Source of the DNA: an uncultured Thermoplasmata archaeon | GTDB taxonomy: Archaea > Thermoplasmatota > DTKX01 > GCA-020343715 | Assembly (NCBI GenBank): GCA_965369625.1 | Contig: CBDUQW010000004.1 | Location: 5,391 to 69,390, forward strand | DNA length: 64,000 nt | Direction: 5' to 3' | Shown here: positions 17,782 through 25,196 of the stretch, piece by piece | Layout: each line of letters begins with the position of its first letter | Position numbering within the stretch: position 1 is the first letter of the stretch | Position numbers and translations under genes: made by a program | Notes under the pieces: model-generated | Databases searched by the model: none | What the model saw: only the letters and a program-made list of their open reading frames with translations | Told to the model about the DNA's origin: nothing

Positions 17782-19989
17782 ATGGCAGATGACGATGAGC
17801 CAGTCCTGCACGAGTTCTGCATACGCGGTCTCCACTGCAGCGACTGCGCCGACACCGTCGAGAACGGCCTCGAGCGGAAGGAGGGCATCTCGGCCGCCGA
17901 TGTCCACCTGGGCAGCGGGAAGGTCTGCGTCACCTACGACCCATCAGCGACGGACCCAGGGACCATCGAGCAGGCCGTCCGCAGGATGGGGTACGCCGTG
18001 GACAGGGGAGACGCGAAGGAGGACGGAGAGGTCCGGAGGAGCGGAGAGTTCCGCGCCACGGTGGCGGCTGGCGTCCTGCTCCTCGTCGGCCTCATCATGG
18101 AGTACGGCCTGCCGGAGCACCACGTGGTGACCGTCGGAGGCGTGGAGGTCTCTGCCCATCACCTGGTCTACCTCGCCTCCATGGTCTTCGGTGGGGCGTA
18201 CATCCTGCGCAGCGCCATCCGGTCGACGATGGCCTTGACCTTCACGGCCTCGGGCCTGATGATAATCGCAGCCATCGGGGCCACCGCGATAGGCGAGATG
18301 GCCGAGGGCGCCGCCGTCCTGTTCCTCTACTCCCTGGCCGAGCTCCTGGAGGCCTGGTCCTCCGAGAGGAGCCGCAGGTCGTTGCGAGCCCTGGTCGAGC
18401 TGGCACCCGAGCACGTGAGGGTCCTACGCGACGGGACCGAGGTGGAGATCGAGGTGGAGGAGGTGGTGCCGGGGGACATCGCCGTGGTCCGACCTGGCGA
18501 CAGGATGCCGGTGGACGGCGTTGTCATCACCGGCGAGAGCTCCGTCAACGAGGCCACCATCACCGGCGAGGCCGCGCCGGTGTCCAAGGCCATCGGGTCG
18601 CCCGTCTACGCCGGCACCATGAACGTGGACGGTGCCATCGAGGTCGAGGTCACCGCCGACGCCCACAACACCACCCTCAACCGGATCATCTCCATGGTGG
18701 AGGAGGCCGAGGACCGGAAGGCGCCCGTGGAGAGGTTCATCGACCGCTTCGCCAGGTACTACACGCCCGCCATCCTCCTGGGGGCCCTCCTGGTGGTCAT
18801 CGTGCCCACCTTCGTGTTCGGCAGCGACAGCGAGACCTGGATCTACCGGGCCCTGATGCTGCTGGTCATCGCATGCCCGTGCGCCCTGGCGATCTCCGTC
18901 CCGGTGGCCGTGGTGTCCGCCGTGTCTGCAGCCGCCAAGGACGGCATCCTCTTCAAGGGCGGGGCCTACATCGAGCAGCTGTCCGAGGTGGACGTGGTGG
19001 CCTTCGACAAGACGGGCACCCTGACCACCGGCGAGCCCCAGCTGGTCGAGGTGCGGCCCGTCAGCGGCTGGAGCAGGAACGAGGTGCTGGCCCTCGCGGC
19101 GGGCGTCGAGGAGGGTTCCGAGCATCATCTGGCCGTGGCCGTGCTCCAGGGTGCGCATGGATCGAACATCGAGCCCCTGCCCGTGGACGGGTTCAAGGCC
19201 CTTCCGGGCAAGGGGGTCCAGGCCACCAGGACGGACACGGGCTGCCAGGTGGCCCTGGGCAACCCCGGCTGGGCCCGGGAACGTGGGCTTGCCCTGGACG
19301 AGGATGCCATCGCGAAGATGGCCGCAGAGGGCAGGACCGTCGTCATCGTGAGCCAGGATGACGACGTGGTGGGCCTCCTGGCCTTCTCCGACACCCTCAG
19401 GCCCTACGCCCTCGAGTCCATCGCGGCCCTCGATGACACGAGGACCTTGCTCCTCTCTGGGGATTCCAAGGCCGCCGCGAAGGCGGTGGCGGGCGAGGTG
19501 GGTATCACCGATGTCTACGCGCCCCTACTGCCCGAGGAGAAGGTGGACATCGTCCGGCTCATACGGGCCGACGGGCACAAGGTGGCCATGGTCGGCGACG
19601 GCGTCAACGACGCGCCCTCCCTGGCCGAGGCGGATGTGGGCATCGCCATGGGGGCCATCGGCAGCGATGTGGCGATGGAGACGGCTGACATCGTTCTCCT
19701 GCGTGACGACATCGGCCTTGTGCCCACGGCACGGCGCCTCTCGAAGAGGGCCATGCGGGTCATCCGCCAGAACATCGCCCTGGCCATCTCGATCAAGGTG
19801 GCCATCGCCATCCTGGTCTTCATGGGCCTCGCCACCCTCTGGATGGCCGTGGCCATAGGCGACATGGGCGCGTCCCTGGTCGTGATCCTCAACGCGCTGC
19901 GCCTGGGCATGGGCCGAGGGGCGGACCACGCACACCGGTCCTCCGCCGAGGGAGCGCCCCCGGTCAGGGCGGAGGCGGGACCGGCCTAA
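17782..19989 (+). CDS. Heavy-metal translocating P1B-type ATPase (Cd/Zn/Pb or related soft-metal exporter)
   Basis: N-terminal HMA domain with CSDC. TM6 CPC motif (VIACPCALAISVP). DKTGTLT phosphorylation site. GDGVNDAP hinge. Begins 5 nt after the ArsR stop. Confidence 0.9.
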   Translation: MADDDEPVLHEFCIRGLHCSDCADTVENGLERKEGISAADVHLGSGKVCVTYDPSATDPGTIEQAVRRMGYAVDRGDAKEDGEVRRSGEFRATVAAGVLLLVGLIMEYGLPEHHVVTVGGVEVSAHHLVYLASMVFGGAYILRSAIRSTMALTFTASGLMIIAAIGATAIGEMAEGAAVLFLYSLAELLEAWSSERSRRSLRALVELAPEHVRVLRDGTEVEIEVEEVVPGDIAVVRPGDRMPVDGVVITGESSVNEATITGEAAPVSKAIGSPVYAGTMNVDGAIEVEVTADAHNTTLNRIISMVEEAEDRKAPVERFIDRFARYYTPAILLGALLVVIVPTFVFGSDSETWIYRALMLLVIACPCALAISVPVAVVSAVSAAAKDGILFKGGAYIEQLSEVDVVAFDKTGTLTTGEPQLVEVRPVSGWSRNEVLALAAGVEEGSEHHLAVAVLQGAHGSNIEPLPVDGFKALPGKGVQATRTDTGCQVALGNPGWARERGLALDEDAIAKMAAEGRTVVIVSQDDDVVGLLAFSDTLRPYALESIAALDDTRTLLLSGDSKAAAKAVAGEVGITDVYAPLLPEEKVDIVRLIRADGHKVAMVGDGVNDAPSLAEADVGIAMGAIGSDVAMETADIVLLRDDIGLVPTARRLSKRAMRVIRQNIALAISIKVAIAILVFMGLATLWMAVAIGDMGASLVVILNALRLGMGRGADHAHRSSAEGAPPVRAEAGPA

Positions 19990-20300
19990 TCCTTCCCGTT
20001 GTTGCCGCTGATACCTTTCATGACCGAGCCGGGGATGCCGAGCTCCTTCACCATCTTGCGCAGGCTGACGGTGGAGGTGTACCTCTCCGCCAGCTTCCCG
20101 GCCGTCTCCCGGTCCATGCCCGACGCTTCCATCCTCTTTTTGAAGATGACCTCCGCCCGCTGCGCCTTCTTCTTGGCCTTGAGGAAGCGCCAGCTGAGCT
20201 TGAGGATCACCTTCGGGGATTTTGCGAGCACGATCCCTACCAGCTTCGGGATCTCCTCGCGCCTGGGCATCCTGTCTCCTCCGTCGGGATCACTGGTCAT
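19986..20300 (-). CDS. Small basic hypothetical protein (104 aa), paralogous to the upstream acidic gene
   Basis: K/R-rich N-terminal half (KLSWRFLKAKKKAQRAEVIFKKR) then EASGMDRETAGKLAERYTSTVSLRKM. 11-nt overlap with the upstream paralog. Confidence 0.45.
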   Translation of the reverse strand: MTSDPDGGDRMPRREEIPKLVGIVLAKSPKVILKLSWRFLKAKKKAQRAEVIFKKRMEASGMDRETAGKLAERYTSTVSLRKMVKELGIPGSVMKGISGNNGKD

Positions 20301-20595
20301 CGTCGCCGTTACCGCCCCTGTGCTTCGAACCGATGGCCTGGCCCACGGCCGACATGGGCGAGAGGGAGCTCATGTACCTCTCCGTCAGCTTGAAGGCCTG
20401 GTCGGGCTCCATCCCGGCGTCGATCAGCCTGGTGTAGAAGGTGGCGACGGCGTCGCCGTACTTCTCCGCGTTCTCCTTGCTGTAGAGTATGTCGCTGAGC
20501 TTCTCGAGGAGGTCGGGGATCTTCTCCGATACCACCTCGAGGATCTCCGCGATGTCCTCGGGGCTCATGTTCGGCCCGTGATGTTCGTCGTGCAT
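20290..20595 (-). CDS. Small acidic hypothetical protein (101 aa), paralogous to the downstream basic gene
   Basis: Acidic helical N-terminus (PEDIAEILEVVSEKIPDLLEKLSD), then IDAGMEPDQAFKLTERYMSSLSPMS, which aligns with the partner's ASGMDRETAGKLAERYTSTVS. GGTGA 7 nt upstream of the ATG. Confidence 0.45.
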   Translation of the reverse strand: MHDEHHGPNMSPEDIAEILEVVSEKIPDLLEKLSDILYSKENAEKYGDAVATFYTRLIDAGMEPDQAFKLTERYMSSLSPMSAVGQAIGSKHRGGNGDDDQ

Positions 20596-20662
20596 TCATA
20601 TCACCTTGTACCCACCTTGCGTGACCACCGTTATTATGGGTGGTGACCAGAAGTGGTCACGG
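20596..20662 (-). promoter_or_regulatory. Promoter for the small-paralog operon: TATA-like box flanked by three GTGACCAC/GGTGACCA palindromic half-sites
   Basis: Minus-strand reading: GTGACCACttcTGGTCACC-cacccATAATAAcg-GTGGTCAC...aaGGTGAtatgaATG. Confidence 0.45.
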
Positions 20663-21142
20663 CTACCTGCGGAGGCCGAGCATCCTGTACCAACGGTCCG
20701 AGACCTCCTCGGATATGGCGTACCGGGTGACCCCGTTGGGACCGTCCTTTGCCACCACGATGTCCCAGTCCAGGAGCTGCTGGAGGCGCTCGCGGACGAT
20801 GGTCCGGGACGCCGAGCCCCGTCGGTCCCTGAGCTGGTCGGTCATCTCCGAGACGTTGAGGTCGCTCTGCTCGAAGAGCACCTTGATGACCTCGATGGAG
20901 ATGGGGTCCTTGACCTCGGGAACGACGGCCTCGGGGGAGATGGAGCCCTTCTTGTGATAGAGCTCCAGGAGCCTGAAGTAGTTGCCCGCGAGGCGGTTCA
21001 TCCCCTCCAGCTGGGACATGAGGTCGCTGATGGGACGGGTGGCGGCCCGCAGGGCCTCCTCCAGCTCGGCCACCTTCTCGCCGAGCTCGTGGATCTCCTC
21101 GCGAAGGGCCTCGTTCTCCGCGTCCTCCTCGTCCTGCGCCAT
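20663..21142 (-). CDS. Putative winged-helix transcriptional regulator with an N-terminal coiled-coil
   Basis: True start MAQDEEDAENEALREEIHELGEKVAELEEAL at 21142. The upstream 106 codons of ORF ..21457 are an R/S/P-rich frame-shifted read of the FKBP acidic repeat. The C-terminal half PISIEVIKVLFEQSDLNVSEMTDQLRDRRGSASRTIVRERLQQLLDWDIVVAKDG...TRYAIS looks wHTH-like. TATA 'tatataat' at ~21165-21175. Confidence 0.5.
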   Translation of the reverse strand: MAQDEEDAENEALREEIHELGEKVAELEEALRAATRPISDLMSQLEGMNRLAGNYFRLLELYHKKGSISPEAVVPEVKDPISIEVIKVLFEQSDLNVSEMTDQLRDRRGSASRTIVRERLQQLLDWDIVVAKDGPNGVTRYAISEEVSDRWYRMLGLRR

Positions 21143-21203
21143 CGCGAGGGCATTCGCTGAGCTGTATATAATGATTATAGGAAGAAAGTGCAGACGCCCC
21201 CGT

Positions 21204-22151
21204 CTACTCCTTATCCTCTTCCGGGACCTCGGTCTCCTCCTCTGGGACCTCGGACTCTTCCGGGACCTCGGACTCTTCCGGGACCTCGGACTCTTCCGGG
21301 ACCTCGGACTCCTCCTCTGGGACCTCGGTCTCTTCCTCTGGGACCTCGGTCTCTTCCTCCGCCTCGACCTCGGACCCTTCCTCCGCCTCGACCTCGGGAT
21401 CCGCCTCCTCGGGCACCTCGGACTCCTCCTCCGCCCCTTCCTCGGCGGGGGCCTCATCCTCGGTCTCCTCCTCGGCCTCCCTCTTGACGTAGACCTCGCG
21501 GAAGGTCACGGTGGTCATCTCCGCGATCTCGCGCATGTCGTTGACCAGGCGGAGCTTGGCCAGGGTCCAGTTGGGGTCGTACTTGCACATGTCTGGCAGG
21601 GTCACGATGATGCCGTCGTCGCCCTCCATCTCCAGCTCGAACTCGTCCTCGCGGCCGTAGTTCATGGCGATGATGGCGCGCACGGTCTCCTCGCCGCTCT
21701 CCGGCTTGCCCACGACCTTGTACTTGTAGCGGAGGGTCTTGCCCGCCAGCTTGTGGTTGTAGTCCACCCTGACGCGGCCGGCGAAGATGCCGGATATCCA
21801 GCCCGTCTTGTTCCGGATGGTGACGACGCGGCCGTACTCTGGCTCGACCTTCAGGCGGGCCATCTCACGCATGGAGTGGGTCTCCACGTTCTTGGGGTCG
21901 CGCTCGCCGTAGGCGTCCTCGGGAGGGACCTCCAACTCGTACTCCTTGTCGACCTCGGCCTCGAGGATGTGCTCGTCCAGGCCCTTGATGAGCCTGCCGG
22001 TGCCGATGACGGTGTACATCGGGCCGTACGGCTTCTCCTCGTCGTAGGCATCGTGCTCTCGGGCCAGGTCTTCCTTCGTGGTGTCGAAAAGCTCGTCTGA
22101 CCCGGCAATCCAGCCCTCGTACTCCAGCTGGACGATGTCTCCCTTCTCCAT
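21204..22151 (-). CDS. FKBP-type peptidyl-prolyl cis-trans isomerase (long archaeal FKBP with IF/flap insert) carrying a ~110-aa acidic E/V/P repeat tail
   Basis: Start MEKGDIVQLEYEGW at 22151. The FKBP core reads GSDELFDTT...GPMYTVIGTGRLIKGLDEHILEA. The C-terminal tail reads EVPEEETEVPEEESEVPEESEVPEESEVPEE. Confidence 0.8.
   Translation of the reverse strand: MEKGDIVQLEYEGWIAGSDELFDTTKEDLAREHDAYDEEKPYGPMYTVIGTGRLIKGLDEHILEAEVDKEYELEVPPEDAYGERDPKNVETHSMREMARLKVEPEYGRVVTIRNKTGWISGIFAGRVRVDYNHKLAGKTLRYKYKVVGKPESGEETVRAIIAMNYGREDEFELEMEGDDGIIVTLPDMCKYDPNWTLAKLRLVNDMREIAEMTTVTFREVYVKREAEEETEDEAPAEEGAEEESEVPEEADPEVEAEEGSEVEAEEETEVPEEETEVPEEESEVPEESEVPEESEVPEESEVPEEETEVPEEDKE
21237..21330. repeat. 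Coding tandem repeat (15-18 nt units, 'ggacctcggactcttcc' x4+) encoding the SEVPEE tail of the FKBP
   Basis: Direct DNA repeats visible at 21237-21330. Within a CDS, not a CRISPR. Confidence 0.7.
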
Positions 22152-22433
22152 CTCTGGACCTCCTGGTCGCCCTAGGCGCAGGCGGCGTAAGGAACGAGGG
22201 GTATATATGTTTTCCTCGGACATGTACGTTATTGGCAATATCAGAACGCATTCCAGAAATCCTTTATACATGGCTCTGCCTGTAATAAATCGGAGTAGCT
22301 TGTGGTATTCGGCCACGGCAACCTTCACTCATCCATCCGCGATGAGAACGGTGGTTCCTTGAGCGTTGGGGTTTGGGAACGTTTCCCTGGTGCAAGAACA
22401 CACGATAGTCCTCTCATATTTGTCCTACTGACC

Positions 22434-25196
22434 ATGCTCCTGATTCTCATCGCGGTCAGTACCTTTGTGATGGATTCCGGGGCTTCTGAGATGGTGGATA
22501 ACTACGAATGGAAGACCCCCGAAATGAGCCCGGAGAACGGATGCGATCAGTGGACCGAGGGTATCCTCACCGACGAGGTGACTGGCGAGGTCTATATAGT
22601 ATACCAGAACCGTGAACCTTACAGCCAGAATTGGTCAGACGATAGCATCGTATGTGCTCACCTCAATCCGGACACAGGGACCCTTGACGATCGATGGGCC
22701 TTCAATTACTCTGAAGACAGCTCGTACGTGTATCTCTATTTTCCCCGAAACAGGCAGTACCTAGTCCATGATGGTCACTTCTACTTCCTTTACTTCACGA
22801 ACCAGGACCGTAGGATACACCTGAGGGTCGACGACATGGCAGAGGATAAGGCGACCTGGGCCACCGACGAGTTCCAGTTGACGATACTCGGCGTGGAAAA
22901 TGGTAATCTACTATTCCTCATGAACGATTGGGGAAGGGACACGATTGTCCTCTTCACGGTTTCCTTATCGGACTTCACAACGACGAGGAAGGACATCATG
23001 AGCTATTTCTTCGAGGTGACTGGTCATAAATTCCTCTTCCGAAACCGGACCGTCCATGCACTTCTCTGGAGGCAGACCAGGCATGGAAATGATTATTCTT
23101 ACGACCTTATGATTGACAGGTACTACGTAGGGTTGGAGCTTAGGATGGGGCCAACGGAGGTGGACCTGGACACGATGGATTATTGGGGCACAACCCATTT
23201 CGACCTTGACTCCGAGGGGTACTATCATATTCTTTACGGGGATTATACTGGTGAAAATCAGGGACTTCACAAGGTCTCATCCTCGGGGGATGTGGTCACC
23301 TCGGTCGAGATTGGCCATCTCATGGACGATATTGATGTGAACTTCTCCGAGTCCTGGCTTGATGTCCTGGTAAATAGGACGGACTACGTTTACATTATTG
23401 GTCGTTTCATACCGAACCACTTCGGCAATGGCGTATTGTGCTCCCTTATCTTCTCCTCTGAATATAATGAGGAGGTTGAACGAGATATTATTTATTCGGG
23501 GCCATTCAGCCTGAATACGGCTCACAACCATTTCGGTATGAACGGCACAGGTGCTATCTTCACCGTATGGTACTCGATTGAGGATGATCTCTATCGCGTC
23601 TTCTTCTCATTTCAAATACCTCCCACACCAGACCTAGAGCTGAGCCCCTCTGGATTCAGCTTCCTTGAGGTGGGCGGGGCAACAGAACCTATCCATGTTA
23701 CTGCCCTAGTAAGGAACATCGGTAGGGCAAGCTCCCGCTCCCATTGGATTGATATATCGTACTCCCTGGACGGATATGAACCGTTCGTGAATGTCCTGGA
23801 CCTGAGGATGGACGTTCCCCTCGATATCAATGAGACGCATGCATTCGAACCCACCATGGCCCTCCCCCAGGGGAGTCTGATGCTGCGGGTAAAGATCCAT
23901 AATGTTACCCCCTATGAGAATAACAAGGCGAACAACGTCCTCCTTGGGTGGTTCTTCGTCTCGAATAATAACCCACCGACCATCCGGGTTGACCTACCAG
24001 CGGATGGTTCCACCGTCCAAGACAATATAGTGGTCTCGGGTTCGACACAGGACGTGGACATCGGGGGAGAGGTCACGACCATCATTACAGGCCTGCCTAC
24101 TCTCACAATCTCCTTCGAGGGAGTGGGTCCCTGGAACCGAACGGTCGACCTCGGGGACATCCCCAGCGGGGTCTACACCTTGAGCTTCCGAGCCTACGAT
24201 GGCCAACACTTCTCCGAGGTCATCTACAGAATGGTGAGGGTTGCGCGGGCCGACGACCGACTGAGGATGGCGTCCCTCTACCCAATTGGTGATGTGACCC
24301 TCATCGAGGGGGGGGAACAAGCTTTCTTCTTCAACGCCACGGACCCCCTGATGAACGATCTGGATTATCGATGGCGGATGGATTACGGCACTTGGAAGGA
24401 AGGGGACAGCCTCTTCCTATTCAAAGCCGGGGAGGTGGGAGACTTCCGTCTCGGCGTCGAGGTCTCCAACGGTTTTACGAACCTCTCCCATGAATGGAAC
24501 GTCACCGTCATCGAGCTCATAATGCCCCGGATCGGGGAGGTCAACCCGGCAGGACCTGAGATCACAATGCGTAAACGTGAGGGGCTCGAGTTCTCGGTGG
24601 AGATTGTCAATCCCCACGAGCAACCATATTCAATAATCTGGACGCTGGATGGGGAGGTGTTTCCAGGGAATGCCGTCCATACCAGGTCCCTTGTATTCGC
24701 GTTGAGTGGCCGACACACCCTCTCAGCCCGGTTGTTCACTTCCTCCACTCAGGAGGCTGTCTCATGGAACATCTCGGTCCCGAACCAGGCCCCACTGGTC
24801 GAATCCTGGAGCCCGGAGAACTCGACAGTCGTCATCGAACAGGAGCAGGAGATGGTCTTCGAGGTAAAGGTCACCGACGGGGACGGTGATGGCCTTCAGT
24901 ATCTCTGGTCCAACGGGGACCTTCGAGTGCCTGGTCAGGACTCTCCATCCTGCATCATCGTGCTATCTGCCGCGAGCGAGACCGCCTACTCCATCCGGGT
25001 CGCCATCACCGATGGCGAAGCGACCACGGTCCACGAATGGAGGGTCCAACCTGTGCTCTCCGAACAAACATCGGAGCCACCAGAGGATGTACCACCGTGG
25101 AGAACCGTCTCCGCCGGGCTACTCATCTTCCTGGTCGTCCTCGGAGCCATTGGTCTGTCGTATCTCTATATTCGCTCCAAGGGGGGATCGAGTTGA
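22434..25196 (+). CDS. Large secreted/membrane-anchored surface protein, paralog A (~920 aa), unknown function
   Basis: ORF 22302..25196; likely start at M 22434 (MLLILIAVSTFVMDSGASE is a signal-peptide-like segment). Conserved N-terminal block NYEWKTPEMS...HDGHFYFLYF. Many N-x-S/T sequons. Beta-rich Ig/CARDB-like segments (NIGRASSRS, NNPPTIRVDLPADGS, VKVTDGDGDGLQYLW). C-terminal TM GLLIFLVVLGAIGLSYLYI plus RSKGG. Confidence 0.6.
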   Translation: MLLILIAVSTFVMDSGASEMVDNYEWKTPEMSPENGCDQWTEGILTDEVTGEVYIVYQNREPYSQNWSDDSIVCAHLNPDTGTLDDRWAFNYSEDSSYVYLYFPRNRQYLVHDGHFYFLYFTNQDRRIHLRVDDMAEDKATWATDEFQLTILGVENGNLLFLMNDWGRDTIVLFTVSLSDFTTTRKDIMSYFFEVTGHKFLFRNRTVHALLWRQTRHGNDYSYDLMIDRYYVGLELRMGPTEVDLDTMDYWGTTHFDLDSEGYYHILYGDYTGENQGLHKVSSSGDVVTSVEIGHLMDDIDVNFSESWLDVLVNRTDYVYIIGRFIPNHFGNGVLCSLIFSSEYNEEVERDIIYSGPFSLNTAHNHFGMNGTGAIFTVWYSIEDDLYRVFFSFQIPPTPDLELSPSGFSFLEVGGATEPIHVTALVRNIGRASSRSHWIDISYSLDGYEPFVNVLDLRMDVPLDINETHAFEPTMALPQGSLMLRVKIHNVTPYENNKANNVLLGWFFVSNNNPPTIRVDLPADGSTVQDNIVVSGSTQDVDIGGEVTTIITGLPTLTISFEGVGPWNRTVDLGDIPSGVYTLSFRAYDGQHFSEVIYRMVRVARADDRLRMASLYPIGDVTLIEGGEQAFFFNATDPLMNDLDYRWRMDYGTWKEGDSLFLFKAGEVGDFRLGVEVSNGFTNLSHEWNVTVIELIMPRIGEVNPAGPEITMRKREGLEFSVEIVNPHEQPYSIIWTLDGEVFPGNAVHTRSLVFALSGRHTLSARLFTSSTQEAVSWNISVPNQAPLVESWSPENSTVVIEQEQEMVFEVKVTDGDGDGLQYLWSNGDLRVPGQDSPSCIIVLSAASETAYSIRVAITDGEATTVHEWRVQPVLSEQTSEPPEDVPPWRTVSAGLLIFLVVLGAIGLSYLYIRSKGGSS

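Noticed and set aside
21237-21330. Possible CRISPR-like or minisatellite arrays (also 48694..48893 and 2380..2650)
   Set aside because: All are in-frame coding repeats (acidic, Pro/Glu and Lys/Pro low-complexity tails). Their short units lack spacers and no cas genes are nearby.
21143-21457. R/S/P-rich N-terminal 106 codons of ORF 20663..21457
   Set aside because: A frame-shifted reading of the FKBP acidic EVPEE repeat. A TATA-like box sits at ~21165-21175 and a plausible start MAQDEE at 21142.
25037-25192. ATG start at 25037 for surface-protein paralog B
   Set aside because: It would overlap paralog A by 160 nt and add a non-signal-peptide N-terminus. A TTG start near 25193, just before the signal peptide, fits better, though it remains uncertain.
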